A stretch of 64,000 bases of DNA from Cyanophora paradoxa CCMP329 (Eukaryota; Plantae; Glaucophyta): contig QPMI01000152.1 of NCBI GenBank assembly GCA_004431415.1, forward strand, positions 124,001 through 188,000, read 5' to 3'. This document shows, piece by piece, positions 14,155 through 28,758 of the stretch. The notes under the pieces are model-generated. The model had not been told where the DNA came from. It worked only from the letters and a program-made list of their open reading frames with translations, and ran no database searches. Every line of letters starts with the position of its first letter. Position 1 is the first letter of the stretch. Both the position numbers and the translations under genes were made by a program.

Positions 14155-16030
14155 CTAGAAGATGCTGATGGCGCGGGAGTGGCCGTGGTGCTCGTGGGCG
14201 TGCCGCATGGAGTAGGAGGCGGGGGCCGGGGGCCCGTAGTAGAGCGCCCCGCGCACGCCCGGGGGCTGGGCGAGGGCGCTGTACCCCCCCGGGCCGACGA
14301 GGGCGCGCTCAAGGCGGAAGGCGGACCAGAGGAGGTCGCCGAGGGCGGCGTGCAGGCGGGCGCCCAGCGAGCGGAGCCAGAGGTCGCCCTCCCGCACCGA
14401 CTCCTCGAACAGCGAGCCCCCCGGCGGCTTCCCCCGCGCCCTCTCAGACGGGGCGCGCAGGCGCCGGGCCGGGGCGGGGCGGGGGCGCGCACCACGCCGC
14501 TCGCAGGGCCGCAGCAGAGGAGGGCGGCGGGGGCGGTGGGCACGCGCTGCAGGAGGCCGGGGGCGCCGTAGAACGCGCCGTTGCCGAGCGCCCGCTGGCT
14601 CGCTGCGCGCGGCGCGTCAGCGGGGGAGCAGCGGCGGCGCGGGTCCGGGGGCGCCGGGCGGACCGGCTAAGGTGGCGTGGCAGATGGTGGAGCCGCGCCC
14701 CGCGAGGGAGGCGGCGAGCCGCTGCACGGCGGCCTGCGCCTGCGGGGCGGCCGCCATGCGCTCGAACTCGGCGAGGAGCTCCCAGGGCGAGGGCCGCGCC
14801 GAGGGGTTCGGGTCCGTGCAGCGGTAGACGAGCCCCCGGAGCGCCTTGCTCTTGATCTGCCGCGCAGGTGGGCGCGCGCGGCGCGGCGGGCGCGCCGGCC
14901 CCGCGCACGGCGTCGGTGTCCATGGAGTTGGCGCCCTTCGGGGGCAGGTCCCGCGTGCACATCTCGAAGATCACCGCCCCGAGGCTCCACACGTCCGACG
15001 CCGCCGTCGGCGCCGCCCCCGACCGGCACTCTGCGCGCCTTCAATGCCCGAATCCTCGGGCCGGCGGCGGAGGCGGCCGCACCCGGGGCCATCCAGCGCT
15101 CCGTGCCCTGCAGCGGCTTGCTCGCGTCCATCGCAGGTTCCGGCACGGGCGTCGGCCGTTGCGGGCGGAAAGATTCCCCCTGCAGCATGACTGACAGACC
15201 GAAGTCGCAGCTGCCGCGCGGGGCGTCAGCGGCTGCGCGGCGCCGCCGGGCGGAGCGCGGCGGGCGCGGCGGGGCGCACAGCTTCACGTCGAGGCGCTCG
15301 GTGAGCAGCACGTTCATCGACTTCAGGTCGCTGCCGGCCGGTCAGCGGCTGCCACGCCCGGCGCTTCGGGGCGTGCTCGCACCTGTAGATGATGCTGCAG
15401 TGGAGGAGGTGGGTAATGCCGCGGAGGATGCCGGCGCAGATGTGGGCGCACACGCCCTCGTCCAGCGGGCCCTTCGCCTCCAGCAGCTCCCGCAGGTTGA
15501 AGTCCATCTGCGCCGCGCATGAGGCGCTGCCCGCGTCTCCGAGGCCGTGCGGGGCGGCACGGCGCCGACGCACCCGCTCCAAGACGAGGAACGGCTGGTT
15601 GTTGTCCGAGCTGGTGGCCAGCAGCCGCACGACGTTCGGATGGTAGCCGGCTTGCCTGCCGCTGGCGTAAGGGACGCCGGCGGCCTCGGCTGTAACGGCA
15701 GGGCCGGGGACGGCGGGGCGCCGGCGGCGCACGTCAGGACGTCGAGCTCCCGAGTGTGCGCCCGCGCCACGGAGCCGGGAGGCAGCCTGTAGTTACGGAG
15801 CTCGTTCGGCTTCTTGACCGCCACGGACTCGCCCTTGAAGCGGGCGGCCCACACGTCCCTACGGCAAGACACATAAGCGGGGCAGGCGGTGGGGGCAGCG
15901 GTTCTAGGGCGAGTTTTCGTGCCGAAGACGCGAGGAGAGGTGGAGCAGAGCGGCGGGGAGCGCACGAGAATCCACCCTCACCCAGCACCTCCACCAGCGA
16001 GACCTCTGAGGGTTTCGCCGAGGGCGCCAT
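14155..16030 (-). CDS. Ser/Thr (TKL-like) protein kinase, non-RD (paralogue 2, shorter tail)
   Basis: MAPSAKPSEVSLVEVLGEGGFS, VAVKKP, YHPNVVRLL, IIYSDLKSMN, CDFGLS, LQGTERWMAP and RCTDPNPSARPSPWELL. Most intron positions match paralogue 1. Confidence 0.85.
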
Positions 16031-16539
16031 GTTCGGACGTCCAACGCTCGGGACCGCTACGTACGTACTGTACGCGCTGCACGCTTCGCGCCGCTGAGGC
16101 CGGCAGTGTGGTCCTGGTAACCGCCCGCCCGGCGGGCGAGTCTACCTTTGGAATGTGGCCGCTCGCTACGAATTCCGTCGAAAGACTGTTGGAATGCGGC
16201 GCGGGCGCTTTTGGTCTGGAAACGCTCGGCGTTGCAGTATTCGCACGGGTACGTTTGCGTCACGCAGCTCCGACTTCGGAGCGCTCGCGGCGCCGCTGGC
16301 GGGCCGGCCAAGAGTTCATGCAGAGCGTGCACGTGTGCGCTAGCATGCAACGTGCGCGCACGCGCTGATGCGATGCAGTGCGATCTTCGGGATTCCGAAA
16401 TCGAAGGAAAAATTGAAAAGATTACATATGGGCTAACGCTACTGCTAGATCTAGACTCTGGGAGTAGGGCGAGGGATCTAGATCTTGCGAGGCAAGCGAT
16501 GGCGGAAAGGAGAGGCGCCGAGCGGGAAGCGAAGCGGGG

Positions 16540-18452
16540 TCAGGAGGCGTCGGCGGTGGCGCGGGTGGAGCCCGAGGACTGGCCCGAGGGGCCCTCCGGG
16601 CCGCCCTCGCTGCCCTCCTCGTCGCCCTCCTTGCGGCGGCCGCCGGCGATGACGGGCGCGTCGATGGCGACCGTGGAGAAGGAGGAGGAGGAGGAGGAGG
16701 CGTCGGAGGCGGGGGCGGCGCCCTTCTTGGAGAGGCCGGCCTGCACGCTCTCCAGCCGCTCCATGAAGAGGACGCGCTCCGGCTGGAAGGTGCTCGGCAT
16801 CAGCGCCGGCACGTACCTGGCCGGCGCGAATCAGAGGCCGGCAGAGGCGGGGCCGGCGGCGCGGGGCCGGCGGCGGGCGACTCGCGCACTTCTGGATGAG
16901 GCCGAAGATGAAGACGTGGCCGACAGGCGAGAGCGGGATGATGAGGATGATCGAGAAGGGGATCTGCCGGCCGCGCGGGGCGTGAGGCGGGCGGGGGCGG
17001 GGGCGGGGGCGAGGGCGGAGCCCCGCGCACGACTGCGAGGAGGTCCATGGCGAAGCGCTTCATGTGCTCCACGTCGCGCTGCGAGAGCGGCTTGCCCTCC
17101 ACCGCCCGCGTCATCGCACGCACCGCCACCTGCGCCCCGCCGCGCCGCGTCGGCCCCGCGGCGTGCGCGCTGGGAGGCCGGGCGGCGGACCCACGCGTCG
17201 ACGCCGAGGAGCTTCGTCCCGCGCCAGAAAAAGTAGACGCCCTCCTTGATCTTCTTCACCGACTTTTGCGCCTCGCGCTGCGCCCCGCGCGTCGGCTGGC
17301 GACAGGCGGCGCGCCGGGAAGTGACAGCGGACCTGAAGGGACGGCAGGTCGATAGTGATGGCGGGCCCCGACTTGGGCTGCGACTGGAGCAGGCGCTGAC
17401 GCAGGATCTCGACTGCGCGGGGCGTTGGTGCCGGCGGCGGCGGCGGCGCGTGCGCGCGCTAGCGCGAAACGGCGCACCCTCGTTGGCGAGGTCGATCAGC
17501 TCGGCGTCCAGCTGCTGTGTGTCGCTCTCGAGATCCGCCTTCAGCGCGGTCAGCATCTCCTTCCGCTTCGCCGAGTTCTCGGCCTGCGCGGACCGGGGTC
17601 AGGCGAGAGAGGGAGGAAAAGGAGCAGGAGGGCGGGGCGTGCCTTCATGGCGGACTCCAGGGTGCTAGCCTCGCGGGCGTCGAGCTCTTTCCGCCGGCGC
17701 GAGAGCGCGAGCAACCGCTCCTCAAGCGCCGCCAGGTTCTCCTCCAGGGCCTCCTTCTGGTCGGCCTCCGTCTCCGCCGTGTCGATGGACTCGGAGAGCT
17801 TGTTCACGGCCCTCAATACATCGCGCACGCGCCGCCCGGCCGCCGACTTGGCCTTGACGCTGACCTCGGGCGACGGGGACCGCTCTGGAGAGGCCGAAGC
17901 ACGCACGCGGCGCTCCTCGGCGGCCTGCTCGCGGAGAGCGGCCAGGTCGGTCTGAAGGCGTGTTTTCGCTTCCTCGATCGCTGCCGCCTGGGCTTTCAGG
18001 TTGGTCCGCAGGGTCTGGAACTTGGGGTCGGCGTCATTCTGGGTGATCAGCTCGTTCAGATCGCCAAGGGTCTTCTCGACAGTCTCCAGCTCGCGCTTAA
18101 GCTCTTCCAGCTCCTTTTCAAGCTTCTCCGCGGCGCTGGGCTCGGGCACGTCGGCGGCACACCGAAGCGTGCGCGTTTTGCGCTCGACGCCAGTAAGGTC
18201 GGCGCGCGGCGCGCGACCCCCGCGCGGAAGAGGGTTGCCGATGAAAGATCGAACCGCCGCCGAAGCGCCGAAGAAGCTGGTCTGCCGATGCCGGAGCGAT
18301 GATTGACGCGGCGGCTGTGGCCGCGCGCCGGAGCGCGCCTCCGTGTAAGCGAATGCGGTAAGACCCTCGCTGCTGAAAGCAAGGCTATCGGTCGGCCTCC
18401 AGCTGTTGCAAATCGGCGTGGCGGCAAAGGCCGGCGAGCCTCCAGGCGCCAT
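16540..18452 (-). CDS. LETM1-like domain protein with long coiled coil, probably plastid-targeted
   Basis: FFWRGTKLLGVDA...GKPLSQRDVEHMKRFAMDLLAV|IPFSIILIIPLSPVGHVFIFGLIQK|YVPALMPSTF resembles plant chloroplast LETM1-like proteins. It has an E/K/L-rich coiled coil and a transit-peptide-like N-terminus. Confidence 0.75.
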
Positions 18453-18566
18453 AGCCCCTACAACTTACTACGCGCTGAGAGAGAGCCAACAGCTCCAGCC
18501 CGCACCGCACGCGCTCGCTTCGTATGCAGCTGAAAAGGCCGTCTTCGCCGGTGTACCCCCGCCGGG

Positions 18567-19348
18567 ATGTTCTTCGTCGCTCCGATTGCCGTCGCCTCGC
18601 GCAGCTCTTGCACTGTCCAGTTCCAGCAGAAGGCGATCTCGCTCGCGAAGCCGACAGCGAGCAAAACCGTCGGCAAACGCCTGTCAAGCTTCATCGCCTC
18701 GGACCGCCGCTTCCGGCCCGCGCCAGCCCGCGTTCTGAGCGGCCAGCAGACCCTCGTCGCCCCGATGGCCTCGTGCGTACCTGGAACGTCGGCGTCGCTG
18801 GTAAGATCGCTAAGAGGTCCCTGCAGGTCCGCGCCGGCACCTCCGCTTCTGTACGTGCTTCTCTGCGAGGACAAGCCCGGCGCGCAAGATGTTCGCATCG
18901 CGAACCGTGCTGCTCACCTCGGTGCGACCTCGCGGCGACGCTGAGAGGGGCTTGCGCCCCGCTGCTCTGCGCAGCGACGCCTACTGACCGCGGGATCGGG
19001 CAGACTGGATCAAGAGCTTCGGCACGAAGGTGGACCGCGCTCGAGCTCGCAGTCGCTCGTTCGATCGGCAGGCCAATAACGCGAGGCGCAGGTGAAGCAC
19101 GCTGGGCCGTTCCTGGCGGACGACGCGGACGGCATGGTCGGCTCCATGCTCATCGTGGAGGGCAGCTCGTGCGCCGCCCCAAGCCCGGCCGGGCGGGCCG
19201 CCGCGCGCTACAGCTGAGGGCGGGGCGCCGGGGCGCGCGCAGGCTGGAGGACGTGAAGGCGTGGGCCAAGGACGACCCGTACGCCAAGGCGGGCCTCTTC
19301 TCCAGCGTCACTGTCCGCCGCTGGAAGCACGTCATCAAGAACGAGTAG
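18567..19348 (+). CDS. YciI/YCII-family protein with transit-peptide-like N-terminus
   Basis: YVLLCEDKPGAQDVRIANRAAHL, AGPFLADDADGMVGSMLIVE, AWAKDDPYAKAGLFSSVTVRRW. The N-terminus is MFFVAPIAVASRSS. Confidence 0.85.
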
Positions 19349-19447
19349 CAGCGCCCCGCGCGGCCGCGGTCCCTGTGCCCCCCTGTTCGAGTACAAGGGG
19401 CCTACAACGTGGCACGGGCGGCGCTTGCCGGGGGCGAGGCCGGCTGG

Positions 19448-23285
<3,838 letters not shown>

Positions 23286-23486
23286 GGTTTCGAGTCGCTA
23301 CACGCTGGTCGCGCAGGCAAATGAGGGCGTCTAGTATGTGCTGTGATCTTTCGGAGTGCAGTAGCGTCGCCCGGAAGGCTCAAATTTGCGCAGTTTGCTT
23401 GCGACCTTTTCGAGCCGTACCCGGCGGCCCGGGTGCGGGGGTACCCTGCGCAGACTGTCGGACATTGGCGCCAGGCCGGCCCCAAG

Positions 23487-26112
23487 ATGTTCTACAGCAC
23501 GTACGTCCCATTTGATGCCTAGAAAGTGGCTCCCCGCGCTCCCCGGCACAGCGGCTGCGGCGCGAGGCCCCTCGCGCTTGAACAGCGAGATTGACTGCGG
23601 GGCGGCGCAGACACGTCCTGACCAAGAAAGGGCCTCTGGCGAAGATATGGCTTGCAGCGCACTTCGACAAGAACAAGCTCACGAAGCTGCAAATCCTTCA
23701 GACCTCGATTCCCGATACATGCGGTAGGCGAGCGTTCTCGCGCCAGAGCGGGCCCGGGCCGACGGTGCACGCAGAGAGCATTGCAAATCCTGCCGTTCCT
23801 ATGGCGCTGCGGATGTCGGGGCCCCTTCTGCTCGGTGTCAGCAGGATCTACGCAAGCAAAGTGCGGTTCCTTGAGACGGACTGCAATGAGGCGCTGGCCA
23901 AGCTCAAGACGGTGCGAGTGATCGCTGATCTCGTTCTAAGGGTTTTCCGCCCTCCGCTGATCCTTCGGTGCCCCTAGGCCGTTGTTGCGCGGGCGGGACA
24001 GGTCGACCTTCCAGCGGACGGCGCGATTGCCCACGTTGCAGCAATCACTCTTCCCGATAACCTCGAGGACGTGGACGTGCATAATCTGACCATCCAGTGC
24101 GCTCTTTTTGAAAGGCAGGATCAATTGTGGTCCGACGCCGGCACAGATTCGTTCCTGCGGGCGAGGCGCACACCTCTAGCCGGGATGCTATTACGCTGAA
24201 GGAGAAGTCCACTGGGATGGTGGACCTCCAGCTCGGCGAGGGTGAGTGTCTCGGTGGTCCTTTCTTCCCCCGTGCGCTTGTTCCTTCCCTGACACCGCGC
24301 AGGCGACTTCTTCGATATCGGCGACGAGCGCTCCGCTGGCTGGCTGTTTAACGATGTCCTGGACCCGGTGGTCGAGGAGCCCGAGCGCGGTCGCAAGGCG
24401 GCCCCGAAGGAGGCGCGGGCGAGCGAGGCCGATCGTGTGGAGACGCCCGAGATCGGTCGCTCGGCGCCCGTGCAGAACAAGGATGACGTTCGTTCTTCCT
24501 TTTTCGGTTCTCTGGGTGCGCGGAGGGCCTCATCCCCGCTCCAGATCCCCGCGCCCGAGTTCGTTGCGGACTTCGAGCCGTTCGGAGATGACATGGACAT
24601 CGGAGCGATGCTGGACAACGCCGCGGCCGGCAAGGCCGCCGCCGCGCCGGAGCGGTGCGCGCCCGGCGCTTCCGCCGCGGGCGCTCCAACTCGCTGAGAG
24701 CGCGGCAGGGCTTCCGAGCTCGCCCCGATGGCCCTGGAGCCGATGGGCATGCCCACGCCTCTGGCGGACGACGCGCCCCGCGAGAGCAACCGCGCCTCCA
24801 CAAAGCTCTCGGCCCTCTCCCCCGGTGCGCCGCACGCGCGCCGCAGCCCTCCGGGGCCCCGCCTCACGGCGCCGGCGCAGTGCAAATCGAGCCGTTCCCG
24901 ACGCCGCTGGTGCCCGTCTCGATGAAGCGCGGCGGCAAGCGGCGGAAGGTCGGGCCCATCATCTCCGAGGAGACCGAGCTGAGCTCCGAGTGCGCCCGGC
25001 CAGCCGCGCCGCACCCCGCGGGCCCCGCCGACAGCCACCGCAGGCACATCCGGCAGGCGATCTCGGACACGACGGACATCGTCTTCACGAAGGATGACAT
25101 GCGCAGCCGCCTCGGGCTCGCCAGGGCGGACGCCGAGGCCGCTGCCGCGCCGGCCGTCGAGCCCCTCTCCCTCGAGGCCCTCATCGCGTCGGACCGGCCC
25201 CTCCTCGCCGGTGCGCCGCCGCAGCCGCCCGCCTGCCCGCTCGCGCACCCCGCGCCGGCCGCCGGCCGACGGCCCCCGCGCAGGCCTCGAGGCGGACTTC
25301 CTGAGCGGACTGCGGAAGCGCGCCAAGGAGGAGGCCGCCGGCGGCCCCAAGAAGCGCTCCAAGGCGAAGCGGGAGACGAAGGAGGGCGCTGCGGATGCGC
25401 AGGCCCCCGCCCCCGCTGACGAGCCCGACGAGCCCCGCCGCTCCAGCGGTGCGCCCCGCGCTCTCGCCGCCGGGACGCCCCGGGTCTTTGACGGGCACCG
25501 CGCGCGGCAGACGCGGTGGTGGCGGCCGGGGAGGATCAGCACTGGGACGCGCCGGACGCGCCCTTCTTCGACGGCGGGTTCGACGGGGCGGGGCCGGCCG
25601 GCGAGCTCGGGGCCCCCGCCGACGAGGAGAAGGCGCCGTCGCCGGCGCCGCGGGAGGCGGATGCGGAGGCGGGCCCAGCGGAGCGGAAGAAGAAGGGGAA
25701 GGAGCGGGCGGGGCGGACGGTGGAGGCCGGGGGGGACCTGGAGGAGGACCTGGAGGCGCCCGGGCAGCAGGAGGCGGCGCACGCCTTTAGCGCCCGCACC
25801 GTCAAGATGATGAACCTCATCAAGAAGGCCCTCGCGGACGAGGAGGACGACGAGGCGCACCTCTCGCTCGCCGACATGACGCGGGGGAAGAAGAAGAAGA
25901 CGGCGGCGGGGGCCTTCTTCGAGCTGCTCGTGCTCAGCACGCGCGGCTACATCCGCGTCGAGCAGGAGGAGCCCTACGGCGACATCCTCGTCCGCCGCAC
26001 GGCGCGCCGCCCCGCCCCGCCCCGCCCCCGCCCGCCCGCCCTCACCGCCGCCCGCCCGCAGGAGAAGCTCTTCAACGCGCCCTCGAGCCAGCTGGTCGCC
26101 TCGCAGGGCTAG
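23487..26112 (+). CDS. RAD21: Cohesin kleisin subunit RAD21/Scc1
   Basis: N-terminus MFYST|[17 protein letters not shown] and [29 protein letters not shown]-terminal winged helix [31 protein letters not shown]. Confidence 0.9.
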
Positions 26113-26299
26113 GCGCGAGCCGCAGCCCGCTGGCTTCGCCACGCCTCCCATGCCCACTTTCCCCTCGCCATCCCCGTCCCCGCGCCCGCCACCCTCTGCC
26201 ACGCCTTCCAGTCCACCTCACCCGCCCTCCCCAAACCCAAACGCATTGTCTCGCATAGCTAGCGCTGCCAAAAGACTCGTGAAGAACCAGAAAACGTCG

Positions 26300-28450
26300 T
26301 GCGCCGTGACCTGAAGCTCACTGGGCCGCTGGCCATGCTACATAGTAGATTAACCCATGTTCCCCTTGGAAGAAAATTCCGTTTAGTACTACGGCAGACT
26401 CAAACTGCCAGCATTGAGAGCGGTGCGAACAGTCAAAGTCACTGACTGGACTGTGCTCCATGGGTGGTCCAGCCTGGGCTGCCAACAGTCGTGCCAGCAT
26501 GTTTGGTAAGTGGGGAACTTGTGAATCGCAGGCCAGTGGTTGAGTTGTCGCTCTCATTGGTATACTCAATTCGATATGCACTTGAAGGCTGCCAGTGCTG
26601 CCTTGACTCACTGTGGTCACTGAGACAGGCTCCACATGAGAAGGAAAAGTCACTGAGTGATGTATGACTCTGTGACTTCTTAAAAAAAGTAGCGGCAGCC
26701 GCTGCCCTTGCCAGTGAGCTTGGAAGTATGAAGTGGGAAGATCTGCCACAGAGTGGAGTTTTGTGGCTGAAATTGGGTATCCGGCAGTTCTGTCAATGGA
26801 AAGTCCCTTTAGTGCTGTGGTGCACTTGATTGCTCAGTGCCGATTCAGAACCAGTTCGATTCTTGGCAAACAATAAATAATACATTAAACATCTTGGCAT
26901 GTACAACAAAAAGAAAAGCATATGTTCCACAATGTACAAACAACAAAACAAGACAAAAAACAAAAAAACACAACACTAACACAACGTTCACACATTCACA
27001 ACAAACAAAACAGAAACTTGCCAAATTGAAATTGAAGAGATTGTACTTGCATTGTTTGTTTAACATCTAGATCAGTGGCATCTAGATCTTTACATTGATC
27101 ATGATGCATGCATTATTCATCATGGCATCATTGCATGCATAAAATATTGTTGCGTGTTACATGCATGAAATAAAATGATCAATGATTGACTTGTTCATGA
27201 TCAATTCTTCTACAACCTTGCCAGGTTGTTTTTGCCAAGTTGCCAATTGAAGTGTTCAATTCTTAAGCTTCTTGCAATTGTTCATGATCAGTGCCGCAAT
27301 GTGTTGCCAGGCTAGATAGCTGGCAAGGTGGTGTATTGGGGGTACAGGCAGACTGAGGTACAGGGGTACAAAGCTACAGGGACTTCGACAGTATATCACT
27401 GCTGCAATACATGTTAACGTTCAAGCTTCTTGCCCACTTTCCTGCTAAGGATTGCCCTTGCTTTGCCAGCCATGGCCAGTATTTAACACCAAAACTCGAT
27501 GTTCGATGACAGATCTAGAACATAAATGATCAAAACTTTGAAATACGTATACATTGCATGTGCTTCTTTTGTATTGTTTTGTGATCACTTCATTGTTTCT
27601 GGATCTGTTCTGAAATGCTCTCTTCTTCAGTGCTTCAGCTTCATTTTCGTTCTTTGTAATATGATTGATCATGAACCACAAGAGATTCATGTGTGCAATT
27701 TCAAACTTCTTGCAATTGTTCAGTGCTTTAGCTCTTCTTCTCATCTTCCTGGCTAAAGCTATAGCTATAGCTAAGAATATCAAATCGCCCTTTAATTTCT
27801 TTGCCAGCCAAGAATTAAACACCAATTGCAAAGCACTGTGTTTCATGACAAACCATAAATGATGAAGCCTCGCTTTGGACTACATTGCATCTCGTGCATT
27901 GTTTCCAGATTACATGATCAGTGTTTAATTTCTACATCTTCCATGCACTCACATCTGTGTTCTTTATGTTCAGTGCTTCAGCTTCTTCTGTTCTGTCTTT
28001 ACAACTTTAGTACTTCATTCTCATTCTTTGTTCAATTAATAAGTAGTAGTAGTAGAAGTAGTACGTAGAAGAAGAAGAATAGACCACAAGAAATCAAAGA
28101 CTCCTAAATAACACTGGGGGGGTGCGGGGGGGCGGAGCCCCCCTGCTTGTGCCATATGCATCATCACCGAGCCTCGGACCCGGTGACCGTCGGACCCGGG
28201 AGGCGCGGCCCGCGGCGGATCCGGAGGGCGCAGACCTGCCCGACCCGGACCGGCCGGCGCCGGCGCCCAACTTGGCGAGCGCCCCGGGGTCTGCCAGGCT
28301 CAGCGGCTTAGCGGCTGCGCGTGCAAGCCGCGACCGTCGGACCCCGGCCCGCCCATCATGGCATGATGACGACTCGGCGAGACTCTGAGATCTCATCATG
28401 AGATTATCATATTGATGTCTCAGAGTCTTTTCAAGGACTGATCATGATTA
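26300..28450. mobile_element. AT-rich, CpG-depleted intergenic block; probable decayed transposon or repeat of unknown family
   Basis: GC drops abruptly relative to flanking genes, CG is scarce and TG/CA/CATG are in excess. There is a CA-rich tract at about 26900-27020, gtacagg repeats at about 27340-27380 and a G/C hairpin-like motif at about 28114-28145. No transposase motif was recognised. Confidence 0.4.
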
Positions 28451-28758
28451 CGTGTGCGTTACGTATACTAGTGTGTATATCACAGTACTACGGTATACCA
28501 GCGTCATGAATTAAAGGGAAACATGACATGCGATTATGAACGAGCTGCTACTCTGTGGGCGGGGCTTCAAACAAAATCAACGCGAGAGACTACTACCAAT
28601 ACCGTACTGCACGAGATGCGAATACGCGGCGCAAGCGACCTGAAGCCTACTGAAAAGAAGAGAAGAAGCACAAAAGCACGAGTTAAAAATGTAAGCTATG
28701 CACAGGCGGCGCGCAAACGAACCTAAGCGCGGCCTAGATGCAGAGCTGGCGGCTAAAT

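Noticed and set aside
23487-26112. Meiotic REC8
   Set aside because: The N- and C-terminal motifs are well conserved and RAD21-like. Nothing in the sequence favours REC8 without a phylogeny.
26318-27846. Intact transposase, reverse transcriptase or homing endonuclease
   Set aside because: No DDE, YxDD, HUH or complete His-Cys motif was recognisable in the open frames.
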